Part shown: positions 53,101 to 64,000 of the stretch, piece by piece | How positions within the stretch are numbered: the first letter of the stretch is position 1 | How the letters are laid out: the number at the start of each line of letters is the position of its first letter | From: Tubulanus polymorphus | Taxonomy: Eukaryota > Animalia > Nemertea | Assembly (NCBI RefSeq): GCF_964204645.1 | Contig: NC_134030.1 | Span: forward strand, 2,153,355 to 2,217,354 | Direction: 5' to 3' | DNA length: 64,000 nt | The notes under the pieces: generated by a model | Databases searched by the model: none | What the model saw: only the letters and a program-made list of their open reading frames with translations | Told to the model about the DNA's origin: nothing | Made by a program: the position numbers and the translations under genes

Positions 53101-56100
53101 ATGGTTGTTTTGTGTATTTGATAATGTATTGTTTATTTTTTGAAGCGTCCACCAGTCGGCGCCACTTGATCGTGTGGAAATACCAGTCGTCCGGGTGTAT
53201 AACAGCTCTGAAATGTCGGGCTCCGATTGAGAGTTTGTGCTATAGTAAGTTTTCAGTAAAACGCCATCGTTGGATGAAATTCTACAGTTCTTGGTTAGAT
53301 TTCAGTGTTAATATTTGTTTTTGTTTATTTATAGCTCATAAAGTGCCATTATTAATATTCAGTGGAGATCACGATGGAGCTATCATTAAATGGGAACGAA
53401 TGCAATCCAATCATTTCATGTATAGGTTAGTAACCATGAATCGCACCAGGTGGAGTGATTGCAGTTTAGGTCTTGATATTCTAAAAAATCCTACGATCCA
53501 CCTTGCAAAATTCATTAAAAAATTAGGCTTAGATGTATATAGATCCCTCCAATAATTAGTATGTTGTAAATAGTGTATGTATATATTGTTAATATTGTAT
53601 ACTTTGTATAAGTCTCCCTCCATGTACCATAGAAATGGTTGGAGTGTAAATAAAATCCTAATCCTAATCCTAATCCTAATCCTAGTTTTTGTCACCAACC
53701 CTTAGTAACGTAAAAGTATGGAGGTGATCCTAAACTGCAGTCATTACCCATTGTAGTTTTAATTATCCAAATGTGCTGATGAAGTCCTTGAAAAATGAAA
53801 AAGTTGCCTTAAGGAACGACAGTAAAAATCGTCTAACTTTGACAAACTGGGACCGGCATAAGAAGCCAAGTTGGTCTGTAGTAAGCCAAGTGTAGGAAAA
53901 TTTGTAAGGAGGTCACAAAAATGATTTCGTTTTTTTCTGAGTTGGTCAAAAGGTGGCCATATCCGAGTAAAGTGAGGTTTCTTAATTTAACCGTAACTTG
54001 AACTTTTTGATTTCAGTAAAGAAACGATGGTCCTCAATGACACGAAAATGTTCAAAACTCGAAATAATCTGAACTCAGATAAACACGGCGTTGAACACCA
54101 TCAGAAATCAAACATTACCAGTCATTATGCTTTCAATAAACCGATCATCCCTCCTGTAAGTTTTCAAACTTTCATTTCTATTCAACTGAATGCGATGAGA
54201 ATATCGAAGTTCAATTTGTAATTTTCAAAATTTTTACGAGTAATTTTATTTTTTGTGTCTAGCCATCGGCTCATGGTCTGAAGGTTTGTATTTGAATCAT
54301 TCGCAGCTCACTCACTCAGCATCAGACACTGCAGTGATGTGTTCAATTTAACACAGTAAATATCACTGTACTAATATATCATATTTATTGAGTTAGTGTC
54401 AATTATAACAATCATGAACTTAAGGAATACTCACTAAACTTAAAAGACTGAATAGTGAAAACATAACATTTATCTTTAAGTAGATTTTAACAAGATATTG
54501 GGAAAAGTGTTTCAATGAATTGAGCAGTCATTCACTATAGAAGTGTTGCACGTGATGTCATAGTTTGTTTGCTAGTTAGTGCTGGAGACAGGACTCGCGT
54601 AGTCACCTGGAAAAAAGTACATATGGCTGCAAGACCTCTGTATAGTAAAGTCTTCCTGTGAACATAGCTTTAGTTATAGTCTCTCTCTCTCTCTCTGTCT
54701 CTGTCCGTATCATAGTTAAATGAGCTGTTTTTATACGTGTATAAAATAGATGTTTGAGAATCCAGTTTACCGGAAATTGAAAGAAACGATGAAAAAAGCG
54801 CGAGTAAGTTTCGACGAAAATGAATTCAGTTCCGCCGTTGTTCCCCTGCGGTCACACTACAGAATATCAGCTCACGTAGTGGAACTGAATGCTTTAGACC
54901 CGTTAGAACCCAGTCCCACATGCGTTTGTGTGCAACCATTTTTAGTTTTTCCCTTATTCGTGATAACTGTAGCTAATAAATAGCTCTTGCTTTTAATTAG
55001 CCATTTTAGGAATAAAATAGTATTAGATTTTTGTTTGCAGTGGTAGATATTTTTGATCAGTCTCAATTTGCTGCTTGTGTGCTTATTTATTTCAGTATAA
55101 TTAAACCTTGCGCTTTAGAATGAATGTTTTAGTAGAACTGGTAAATCTAATTAAGGATCATTCAAAATGATGATTGGTTTTGAGTGGGGGTCATTCATTG
55201 ATTATGTACGCATAAAATTTGAATTTTTCAACCCCCCCTCCCCCTCTGTACGCAAAATCGGCCATTTTTCATATACATTAAGCATTACAGTACGCAATTG
55301 CACTTACCACTCCCCTTCCCTAATGCGTATGTAATAAATCAATGATCCCGTGCTTGTCTTAGAACCTAGCTCATTATTGGCCTGGAGCTGGTCATCTGAC
55401 AAACCCTGGGATTCTGGGGTCAGTTGCTCAAAGTTGGTTAGAGTTATTCGGTGGACAACGCTGTAATTTCAATTGTCCCTATGGTATTCATCCACCAGGT
55501 TTGAGCAACTGGCCCCTGATTGGTCCATGGCTGGTCACCTGATACACATACAAACAACCAACACCTCCCACTTAGGGTTTGACCACGTGGCTAGCTTACA
55601 AATGTGTAAGGCTTGTTATTGGTCAATAAGTGAATTATTTCAGTGAATTATGAAGCTGTCAGTTGTTCAGGTTTATCAGTTGTAATAATACGTATATTTC
55701 TTTAAGGTTTCTACTCACAATCATCCAAACACGACCATATTGAAGATTTTATTTGTCGAAGATTTGGACTACATTTTAGCAGCGTCGGAGGACAGTAATA
55801 TATGTGAGTTGTACTTCTTATTCCCGTCACTTTTTACGCATTCATTATTCGTCTCTTTCTCTGTAACTCGCTGTCTGGTTTTAGATGTTTGGGGTTTCGA
55901 TGAATCGGCGGTGAAAGTATTAAAGAACATGCGACCTGTAGATGCTGATTATCTCATACAGAAATATTCAATACTGTTGGATCCGGATTCGGAACTTTTG
56001 CCAAACAATCACAAAGCTGTCAACGTATGTTTCAAATCCAAAAATTGTCAGAACTTATTTAATTCACTCATTGACCAGTGACCACTCTCATTGTGGTCGA

Positions 56101-59100
56101 AATACCCAAAAATGCATACAGATCATGCTACCACCGATCTGACTCCTAGCAGCTAGCAGACTTCCTTTTGGGTCTAAAATTGCCGAAAAAGTCCTTCTTA
56201 GTACTTCTTTTGGTCCTGGCCTTACCACTGGAAACCCTGTCCGCCAACTGCTTCGATACAACCATCCAATTATCTAGTGCGTTTTTCCCTGGATTCAGTT
56301 CCGAAGTTCTCATATAAGATTTGACTCTACAGTAAAAACATTTGAAATTAAACTAATTTTAATTCTTAAGTCAAATCTAATGGAAAACTGTGAAATCAGT
56401 CCCACAGTTGTTACAATATTTGACTGTTTGAATAAAGTATTTCATAATGAACTAATTCTAACTCTATACAATCAAACTTAGCTTAAATCTATAGAACTGA
56501 CGTGCCTTGTCTGTTTCTGCATCATTGACCCTAGTAATTTCTGATTACAAAATTTGCTGCCCTGAACTGAAACGTTCCCTCACAACTAGCGCAACCCAAG
56601 GTCTTGTTCGATCGCATATTTCGTGTTGTTTATTTGCAGGAAGAAGATTCAGTAACGAATCGAGTCGCCGGATTTATTTGTAAATATGTTTTATCCGAAC
56701 ACATGAGTTGTGTTACGTGTATGGAAGTGATCGGTAAAGCTTGCGGATATAACACTACATACGTGGTACGTTACTCTTATATATATATACACACATTGAA
56801 AGTAACTACAGTTTATTTCTCATGATTCTGAACTCACGAGACTGAGTTTCATCCTCAGTTGTGAACTAAGGCAGGTTTTGATTGGTCTCTACCGATTTTG
56901 GAATTCTCTTTTGGCGCGTTAATTCCTTGACCAAAATACACTCTACCTAATCCGGAATAGTATAATGTGTAAACCTGATAGAAGTGGCCGCTAGGGAGTT
57001 TGTAATCTGTAAACCTGATAGAAGCGGCCGGTAGAAAGTTTGTAATCTGTAAACCTGATAGAAGCGGCCGGTAGAGAGTTTGTAATCTGTAAACCTGATA
57101 GAAGCGGCCGGTAGGGAGTTTGTAGTTGGGAATAAGTTCAATGAAAAGTTGCGTAAGATTTGCCTAAGAGTCAAACTGAACCATAAACCGTCGAACTGGG
57201 TCTGGTTTTTAAACGTGCTGGTATTGCTTTGTTTTTCAGTTAACCGCCGGATGGGACCGAAGAATTTGTATCTGGGATTTGAAGAAGGGTAAACTGCACG
57301 ATACGTTCAGGAATTCATCTCAAACTAGTTTGGAACATGTAGAACTAGCGTGTGACGGTGTTATTATATCTATGGCTTACAGTCCTTCCAGGTATTCATT
57401 CATTCATTCATGCAATCTTTGTTTTGTGCAACAATTCTCGGTAATCATGGTTTCGTCCAAGCGATTGCCTACATGTATAAACTGAAAAATCCTCAATTAC
57501 AAGATTCTAACAAATAACAAAATTCCATTTTCGATTCTAAAAAGACAGTGACTAGTCTATGGAAACGCGATATAACACCACAATCATTATCATGAAGGGA
57601 CCCCTGGGACCCCACTAGTGGCCTTTAACATGACTGCTTTATCTGATAGATAAAATGAGTGAAATTTTTCCTTCAGCTAGTACGTAGTTTTTTCAACAAC
57701 ATTTCAACTAAATTATAATATCCTACTCATCAGGTGAACATATTCATCTGAATGATGTGACATTTCAATCTAAGCCAATCAGTTGTCAGGTGCTCGCTTG
57801 TGAAAGTTATCAATGCAATGATGGATTTTACTGAGATCAGTTGTCTTGCTGAGATCAGTTGTCAGTTTACATGCGTCATGTGATAACATGCACGCTCTGT
57901 ATTGTAGTGAGTAGCACTTGTAGTGTGTAGCTATTGTTCCTGACACACAGGTTCCATGCAAGATCAGTTGGTATTCACGCTGTTCTAGGGGTAACCCGTA
58001 GGATCAGCTGGTATTCACACTGTTCTAGGGGTAACCAGTAAGATCAGCTGGTATTCACACTGTTCTAGGGGTAACTAGTAAGATCAGCTGGTATTCACAC
58101 TGTTCTAGGGGTAACCCGTAAGATCAGCTGGTATTCACACTGTTCTAGGGGTAACCAGTAAGATCAGCTGGTATTCACACTGTTCTAGGGGTAACCAGTA
58201 AGATCAGCTGGTATTCACACTGTTCTAGGGGTAACCAGTAAGAGCTAGTATTCACACAAGATGTTTATTTTAATTCTTTCTGGTTTGGTATAAACTGGTA
58301 TACCACCAAACATTGACACGGCGATGGCAACGGAGGATCTCATCTTAAGATCTAAGATAAAGAATTGTATGAATCAAGCTTTGTAAGATCAACTGTTATT
58401 CACACTGTTCTAGGGGTAACTAGGGTTCGAACCAATAATGAATGTGGTGAATTAGACGCGTCATCATCGTTTCTGTATAAAATTTTGATCTACATTTTAG
58501 CGATGATGAATGAAACCGATCGATTCTCCGGTTTAGAACACGTTCGCGTCGTTAAAGATTTCTTCGTGCGTTACGTGTCGTTGCCGCTAGTAATCAGCGG
58601 TCTGGTCGGTAACGCCCTGACGGTCGTCGTATTCACGCGCGTCGGTAAACTGAATAAACCGGGCGTCGTGTATCTGTGTTACCTGGCGTGTATCGACTGG
58701 ACGGTCTGTTTTACTCAGTTATTTTTCTGGTTCGATCAAGGTCTGTCGTCGCTGACCGGAGGTCGGTACTCGTTCGACGTCCCCGGCGCCAGTAACTTCG
58801 CGTGTAAATCGTTCTATTACGTTATATCGTTAACGTTGTCTTTATCGGCGTTCGTTACCGTGGTGATGACCTTCGAGCGTCTGGTCGCCGTGCGATATCC
58901 ATTGTTTTCGAAGCGTCACATGATGAAGCCGCGTACGCGTTTAAAGCGTCTGCTCGCGGCGTCTGTTGTGATCGCCGTGTTAGAAACGCGAAGTGTTTTC
59001 ATGTTTGAAGTTGCGCCCGAGTTCAATCGTCCCGGTAACGAACTGGTATGCACGGAGAACCGCTCGGTTAATCCGGATATTATCTACGCGATGACGTTCG

Positions 59101-62100
59101 TCGTGTGGATCGTCGGGTATTTCCTGACCCCGGCGTTCGTGCTGCTCGTGTTAAACGCGTCTATCTGTCACGCGTTGTTACGCGCGAACGCGTTCGACCA
59201 CGGCGGTGGCGCCACCATCAGTCGTAAAGAGAGATCGATCAGCGTGACGTTGATGTTTGTTTCGACTATGTTCATCCTGTTCACGTTACCGATGATCTCG
59301 GCGTTGATATTCGGACATTACGTGGTGCGTAATCCTCACCTAGTCTCCGCTCGAGACATGGATAATCTGTTAGATCTATACTGGCTATGTACGCATATTA
59401 ACATATTCAATTACACAGTGAATTTTCCGGTATACGTCGTTCGTCTGTCGTATTTCCGCGTTCAACTGAAAGTGATGTTTTGTAAATGTTTACGCGCGCA
59501 AATTCCGAGCTGACGTAAAATTCCTGGACACTTAACAATAAAAAGGGTCTGAAATATATAAAATCACTGCACACTTAAGAATAAAAAGAGTCTGAAATGT
59601 CTCCTTGATGTTGCCTGTCGTTATAAACATTGATCAAATCGGGCAAATTCCGAGCTGATGGAAAATTCCTGCACACTTAAGAATAAAAAGAGTCTGAAAT
59701 GTCTCCTTGTTGTTGTCCTCATTATAACCATTGATGAAACATTCTTAGTTCGTTTTGTAAAGATGATATAAAATCCCTGCACACTAAGAATGATAGGAGT
59801 CTGAAATGTCTCCTTGAGCTAGTGTAGTTTATTCAATGTTTCACCTATATCCTAATTGTAGTCTTCAGGAATACTGCTGATGTTGTCCTTATTATGATCA
59901 TTCATGAAACACATTGAGTCCGTGTTTTAAAGATAATATAAAATCCCTACACACTAATTAGTTTATTCAATGTTTCGCCTAGGCCTATATCCTTAAAGGC
60001 ATCTTCAGGAATACTGATGTTGTCCTCATTACAACCATTATCGATGAAGCACATGTTGTAAAGTTAATATAAAATCCCTGCACACAAAGAATAAAAATAC
60101 TCTGAAATGTTTCCTTGAGCTAGTGTAGTTTATTCAACATTTGAACTATATCCTAATAGTCATCTTCAGGAATACTGTATTCCTTGAGCTAGTGTAGTTT
60201 ATTCAACTACGTTTTAACTTTATCCTAATAGTCATCTTCAGGAATACTGTATTCCTTGAGCTAGTGTAGTTTATTCAACTACGTTTTAACTTTATCCTAA
60301 TAGTCATCTTCAGGAATACTGTATTCCTTGAGCTAGTGTAGTTTATTCAACTACGTTTTAACTTTATCCTAATAGTCATCTTCAGGAATACTGTATTCCT
60401 TGAGCTAGTGTAGTTTATTCAACTACGTTTTAACTTTATCCTAATAGTCATCTTCAGGAATACTGTATTCCTTGAGCTAGTGTAGTTTATTCAACTACGT
60501 TTTAACTTTATCCTAATAGTCATCTTCAGGAATACTGTATTCCTTGAGCTAGTGTAGTTTATTCAACTACGTTTTAACTTTATCCTAATAGTCATCTTCA
60601 GGAATACTGTATTCCTTGAGCTAGTGTAGTTTATTCAACTACGTTTTAACTTTATCCTAATAGTCATCTTCAGGAATACTGTATTCCTTGAGCTAGTGTA
60701 GTTTATTCAACTACGTTTTAACTTTATCCTAATAGTCATCTTCAGGAATACTGTATTCCTTGAGCTAGTGTAGTTTATTCAACTACGTTTTAACTTTATC
60801 CTAATAGTCATCTTCAGGAATACTGTATTCCTTGAGCTAGTGTAGTTCATTCAACTACGTTTTAACTTTATCCTAATAGTCATCTTCAGGAATACTGTAT
60901 TCCTTGAGCTAGTGTAGTTTATTCAACTACGTTTTAACTTTATCCTAATAGTCATCTTCAGGAATACTGTATTCCTTGAGCTAGTGTAGTTTATTCAACG
61001 TTTCGACTTTATCTTAATAGTCATCTTCAGGAATACTGTATTCCTTGAGCTAGTGTAGTTTATTCAACGTTTCGACTATATCCTAATAGTCATCTTCAGG
61101 AATACTGTATTCCTTGAGCTAGTGTAGTTTATTCAACGTTTAAACTTTATCCTAATAGTCATCTTCAGGAATACTGTATTCCTTGAGCTAGTGTAGTTTA
61201 TTCAACTACGTTTTAACTTTATCCTAATAGTCATCTTCAGGAATACTGATTTTGTCCTCATCACGTACATTGAGTCCATTGAGTCCGTGTTGTAAAGATA
61301 ACTGTCTGAACCGCGCCTGCAATCCAGAACAATGAGACTAAATAATCAATCATAAGGCTAAAAAAAATTGATACCTTGTTTCTCCGCCCTGCTGAGCTTA
61401 AATGTTGACCCGGCCGGCCGCCTATCTACCCTATACATTACTTTTTTAAAAATCGTGATCAATTTTACCATAACAGACCCGGCCGCTATAGAAATGAACT
61501 GTTTATAAATTTTATCATATTTTACAAAAATGACCCGGCCGCTGCGGAGAAACAAGGTATCATTTTTGTTTAGCCTGATAAGAAAGTTGTACATGTATCT
61601 AACAGAAATAGGCAAAATCAAGTTTGGGTCAGCAATGAACCCAGTCCTTCAGGGGTGACATGTGAACACAGCACCAAAAGATAAGGCATTATTTAATTTA
61701 ATATCATTAGTGCTGCTGAATTTCGTGCATTTTCTCAGTTATATCTTGTCAGATGATAACTGTGATAGCTGTAGAAAATAATCTGTTTGTATTTCGATAT
61801 TTCTAAAACTCTTCACATTTCGACGATTTCATGTTTTAATTTTGCACGAACCGAATGAAAACGAAGGCATTAAATCGATTTCGCTGCATGTGAAGCTGCT
61901 CTTTTGCCCTGAAGCTCTCGATTGGTCGAACCGGTCCTCGCAGTTGGGGGAGTAACACGAAACTAAAAACAATAGTAGATCGTGCAAGTTTATGAAATAT
62001 CAGATTGGATGACATCAGATTCGCTTTTTTAAAACACGCAGAAAATGTGCGCGTATTGTTTTTTGAAACGTCATGCAATGCCATTTTTTCCATTGTTGAA

Positions 62101-63616
62101 TATTTTGATAAACGCATTGAATTCATGCGGTATCGAATTACAATATTTCCTAGTAATTAACAGTTTCAAGTCCACAATGAGTAACAGTTATAACCTGTAA
62201 ATTCATGCTCTTGGAATTTGTATCTTTTAGGATGAATTTCAAAAATATCTTAACACTAATGGTGGGACCGACTAGTGGCCTTTAACATTGATGCTTTATC
62301 CGAGAAATACCTTTTCCGTTCTTCTCGACCTGGTTTTATAGACTAGTATTAACTTGAACTTTAAAATCTGGGGCTAACTGAATTAATTTTTTCAATTAAG
62401 TAAATCCCCTCGGTTAAAATTGATATAAAAATCTATAAAACCGAGCCCTGGAATTTTTCTAAATCCGACCTGTCATTGAGAATGGCTCGTAGAATTGAGT
62501 AAAACATCAGCATAGTTTTTGTAATTGTGGGTTTTATCTTCAATTTTCACGTGATGTATTTCTAATACAATGTTTTTTTCAGGGGGGAATTCGCGTATTC
62601 GTCCAGCGATAAAATGGTTTATATTCGCAAGTTTTCGACAACAGGAACGAAGATGGTTTTATTGAATACACTTCAAGGACACGAAGGAGAGGTCACCTGC
62701 GTATTGTGGAATAAAGTGAAAAGTAAATGGGTTACAGGGTCAGAAGATGGAACCATACGAATTTGGGTTTGTATTTTTTTCTAATGATTTTGATGAACTC
62801 TGCCTTATTTGGTAGTGTGGAGTTTATTGAACTGGATTTATATTTTATAGGCCGGAGATGGTATGAATGAATGTGAAACTATTTTATCGACTCAAGGCGC
62901 TGTTTGTAGCATGTGCGTTGATGAAATCAATGGAAGCGTAGTGGCCGGAATACAACAATATATCAGGTACAACTTACAACTTACAACTAACAACATACAA
63001 TGTACAATGTACAATCTTATTTTCTGCACTGATTATGAAGGTTTTTGACTGTTTTATTTTTACAATCTACAACATACAACATACAACATACAACTAACAA
63101 CATACAATGTACAATCTTATTTTCTCCACTGATTATGAAGGTTTTTGACTGTTTTATTTTTACAATCTACAACATACAACATACAACTAACAACATACAA
63201 TGTACAATCTTATTTTCTGCACTGATTATGAAGGTATTATTGATTACAGCTTACAACATACAACATACAACATACAACATACAACCTCTTCTGATATAGA
63301 ATTTCTTGGCTTCGTTATTGTGGGATTTCTCTCGACAACTTACATCATACAACTAACAATATCCAATGTAAAACCTTATTTACTGCGCATGTTTCATTTA
63401 TAATAGTAATAATGTTTGGGTTGATTAATTGTAGAGTTTATGATCCTGAACATCACAGACTCGTACAGACTAATATCGGACACACAGACGCCGTACGCAG
63501 CATCATGCATATACCCGAACGTAATCAATACGTATCGGCTTCGTGGGATAAATCGATCCGCATGTGGAATGCGTGGAAATTACCGCGTAAGAAAAAACGC
63601 CTCTCACAAGATAAAG
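50140..63616 (+). CDS. Multi-exon WD40-repeat protein (3' end beyond window)
   Basis: Phase-compatible GT-AG exons: 50140-50242, 50547-50637, 51064-51151, 51616-51712, 51797-51905, 52252-52389, 52474-52657, 52966-53059, 53146-53244, 53335-53425, 54017-54155, [54263-54283], [54750-54803], 55707-55803, 55885-56024, 56640-56765, 57240-57391, 62583-62766, 62851-62966, 63435-63616 (bracketed exons less certain). The spliced product has many WD motifs (GCEDGVIKIWE, TGSFDKSVKIWS, TAGWDRRICIWD, GHEGEVTC...TGSEDGTIRIW, GHTDAVRS...SASWDKSIRMWN). Confidence 0.92.
51960..52172. mobile_element. Near-perfect palindromic MITE in a WD40 intron
   Basis: GCCGGGTTCTGTTTTGATTATTGT...ACAATAATCAAAACTGAACCCGGC, ~105-bp arms. 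Confidence 0.85.
52681..52970 (+). repeat. 33-bp minisatellite made of duplicated 3' splice sites (9 copies)
   Basis: TTAACTGTATTACTATTTCATACAG|GTTTCCCG; AG ends at 52701, 52734, 52767, 52800, 52833, 52866, 52899, 52932, 52965. Confidence 0.92.
53452..53748. mobile_element. Small inverted-repeat element with internal (CCTAAT)n
   Basis: GTGATTGCAGTTTAGG / CCTAAACTGCAGTCAT, microsatellite at ~53655-53683. Confidence 0.4.
55187..55349. mobile_element. Harbinger-like MITE
   Basis: GGGTCATTCATTGATTATGTACGCA / TGCGTATGTAATAAATCAATGATCCC. Confidence 0.6.
55417..55515. mobile_element. Harbinger-type MITE with CTG TSD
   Basis: CTG|GGGTCAGTTGCTCAAA...TTTGAGCAACTGGCCC|CTG; related copy at ~48919-49035. 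Confidence 0.7.
56961..57124. repeat. 40-bp tandem repeat, 4 copies
   Basis: TGTAATCTGTAAACCTGATAGAAGCGGCCGGTAGAGAGTT. Confidence 0.9.
57961..58257. repeat. 40-bp tandem repeat, ~7 copies
   Basis: AGATCAGCTGGTATTCACACTGTTCTAGGGGTAACCAGTA; a further partial copy at ~58386-58420. Confidence 0.92.
58503..59513 (+). CDS. Intronless class A (rhodopsin-like) 7TM GPCR, FMRFamide-receptor/peptide-chemoreceptor-like, nested in a WD40 intron
   Basis: Seven hydrophobic segments, TM1 GLVGN, TM2 LACID, TM3 C...FERLVAVRYP (DRY variant), TM6 FTLP, TM7 NYTVNFPVY, N-terminal NET sequon. ATG at 58503 follows an acceptor (tacattttag, ending 58500). AATAAA at 59537-59542. Confidence 0.9.
   Translation: MMNETDRFSGLEHVRVVKDFFVRYVSLPLVISGLVGNALTVVVFTRVGKLNKPGVVYLCYLACIDWTVCFTQLFFWFDQGLSSLTGGRYSFDVPGASNFACKSFYYVISLTLSLSAFVTVVMTFERLVAVRYPLFSKRHMMKPRTRLKRLLAASVVIAVLETRSVFMFEVAPEFNRPGNELVCTENRSVNPDIIYAMTFVVWIVGYFLTPAFVLLVLNASICHALLRANAFDHGGGATISRKERSISVTLMFVSTMFILFTLPMISALIFGHYVVRNPHLVSARDMDNLLDLYWLCTHINIFNYTVNFPVYVVRLSYFRVQLKVMFCKCLRAQIPS
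59497..60180. repeat. Degenerate direct repeats with decayed hammerhead ends (Penelope pLTR/retrozyme-like remnant)
   Basis: Repeated aaatccctgcacact..aagaataaaaagagtctgaaatgtctccttg; decayed motif copies at ~59810-59877 and ~59960-60016. Confidence 0.5.
60992..61035 (-). ncRNA. Second core-intact minimal hammerhead motif
   Basis: UAUUC-CUGAAGA-U-GACU...AGUC-GAAACGUU-GAAUA, adjacent to the copy at 61061-61104. Confidence 0.65.
61061..61104 (-). ncRNA. Minimal type I hammerhead ribozyme motif (Penelope/retrozyme type)
   Basis: Minus strand reads UAUUC-CUGAAGA-U-GACUAU(UAGGAU)AUAGUC-GAAACGUU-GAAUA: conserved core, 6-bp stem II, 5-bp stem I, palindromic 1-bp stem III. Confidence 0.75.
61356..61575. 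mobile_element. MITE with ~32-bp TIRs
   Basis: GGCTAAAAAAAATTGATACCTTGTTTCTCCGC / GCGGAGAAACAAGGTATCATTTTTGTTTAGCC. Confidence 0.75.
62968..63285. repeat. (ACAACAT)n with a ~100-bp triplication in a WD40 intron
   Basis: Three copies of caacatacaatgtacaatcttattttct.cactgattatgaagg. Confidence 0.85.
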
Positions 63617-64000
63617 GTATGGTGGCTGACTGTAACCCTCTTCCTTAGGTGGCGGTATAGACAGACAGACAGAAGTCAACTCTGGTTGTTGATATATGTA
63701 GAACTGATTTCATTGCAGAATAGTCAGACTTTTATAAGCCAAGCTGTGAATTGTACAGTCACAAATTGATATACTGAATTTGAATACATTTAATCCTGAA
63801 AACTTTGAATTACCAATGACATGAAAACTATTGTCAATTGAATAACAGGCTAGAGGATATGTTCATACTACCATGAGTTTGTGCTGTTGTACTTATACAT
63901 TATTAATATAAATCTAACATTGAAAACCACCGAACTAATATCAATTCCCGACAAAAGGTAAAAGTTCTGCGTTGTATGTTATAGAATTTGTTCTTTGTTT

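Larger units (their letters stand above)
60112..61248. repeat. 16-copy 69/72-bp satellite derived from a hammerhead-bearing repeat end
   Basis: Units start at 60112, 60181 (72-bp steps to 60901), 60973, 61042, 61111, 61180. The unit junction GGAATAC-T-GTATTCC is palindromic. Confidence 0.95.

Noticed and set aside
58365-58502. Upstream extension of the GPCR ORF
   Set aside because: It starts at TTG, includes repeat-derived sequence and ends at a splice acceptor. ATG 58503 gives a normal N-terminus.
60181-60972. 72-bp units as active hammerheads
   Set aside because: The catalytic G12 is replaced by A (GAAA to AAAA) and there is a 3-nt insertion at the cleavage site.

Overview
AT-rich animal genomic DNA, probably an invertebrate (inferred from ~85-nt spliceosomal introns, an L2 LINE, many MITEs and an FMRFamide-receptor-like GPCR). 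The right third holds a + strand WD40-repeat gene with 18-20 visible exons (ATG 50140, continuing past the window end). One of its introns contains an intronless class A GPCR on the same strand and a 16-copy satellite built from a Penelope-type minimal hammerhead ribozyme. The most unusual feature is 26.1-47.7 kb: roughly 85-90 short exon-like units (core units 42-105 nt), most closed in all three frames. Each is bounded by a conserved acceptor (GAATCTGTTATTTTCATTTCAG or TTTTAATCTGTT(T)AG) and donor (GTATGT), and core units are separated by 85-115-nt introns. They form a 7-unit ~1.2-kb higher-order repeat and end in a triplicated terminal-exon/poly(A) module. A candidate first exon at ~19.5 kb has a head-to-head inverted paralog at ~18.1 kb, and the two flank a GC-rich TGACCT (DR5-like) minisatellite. 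Together these suggest a ~28-kb, highly spliced repeat lncRNA. The left part contains satellites, segmental duplications, foldback MITEs and further apparently non-coding spliced units. All calls are by eye; no transcript data or database searches were available.
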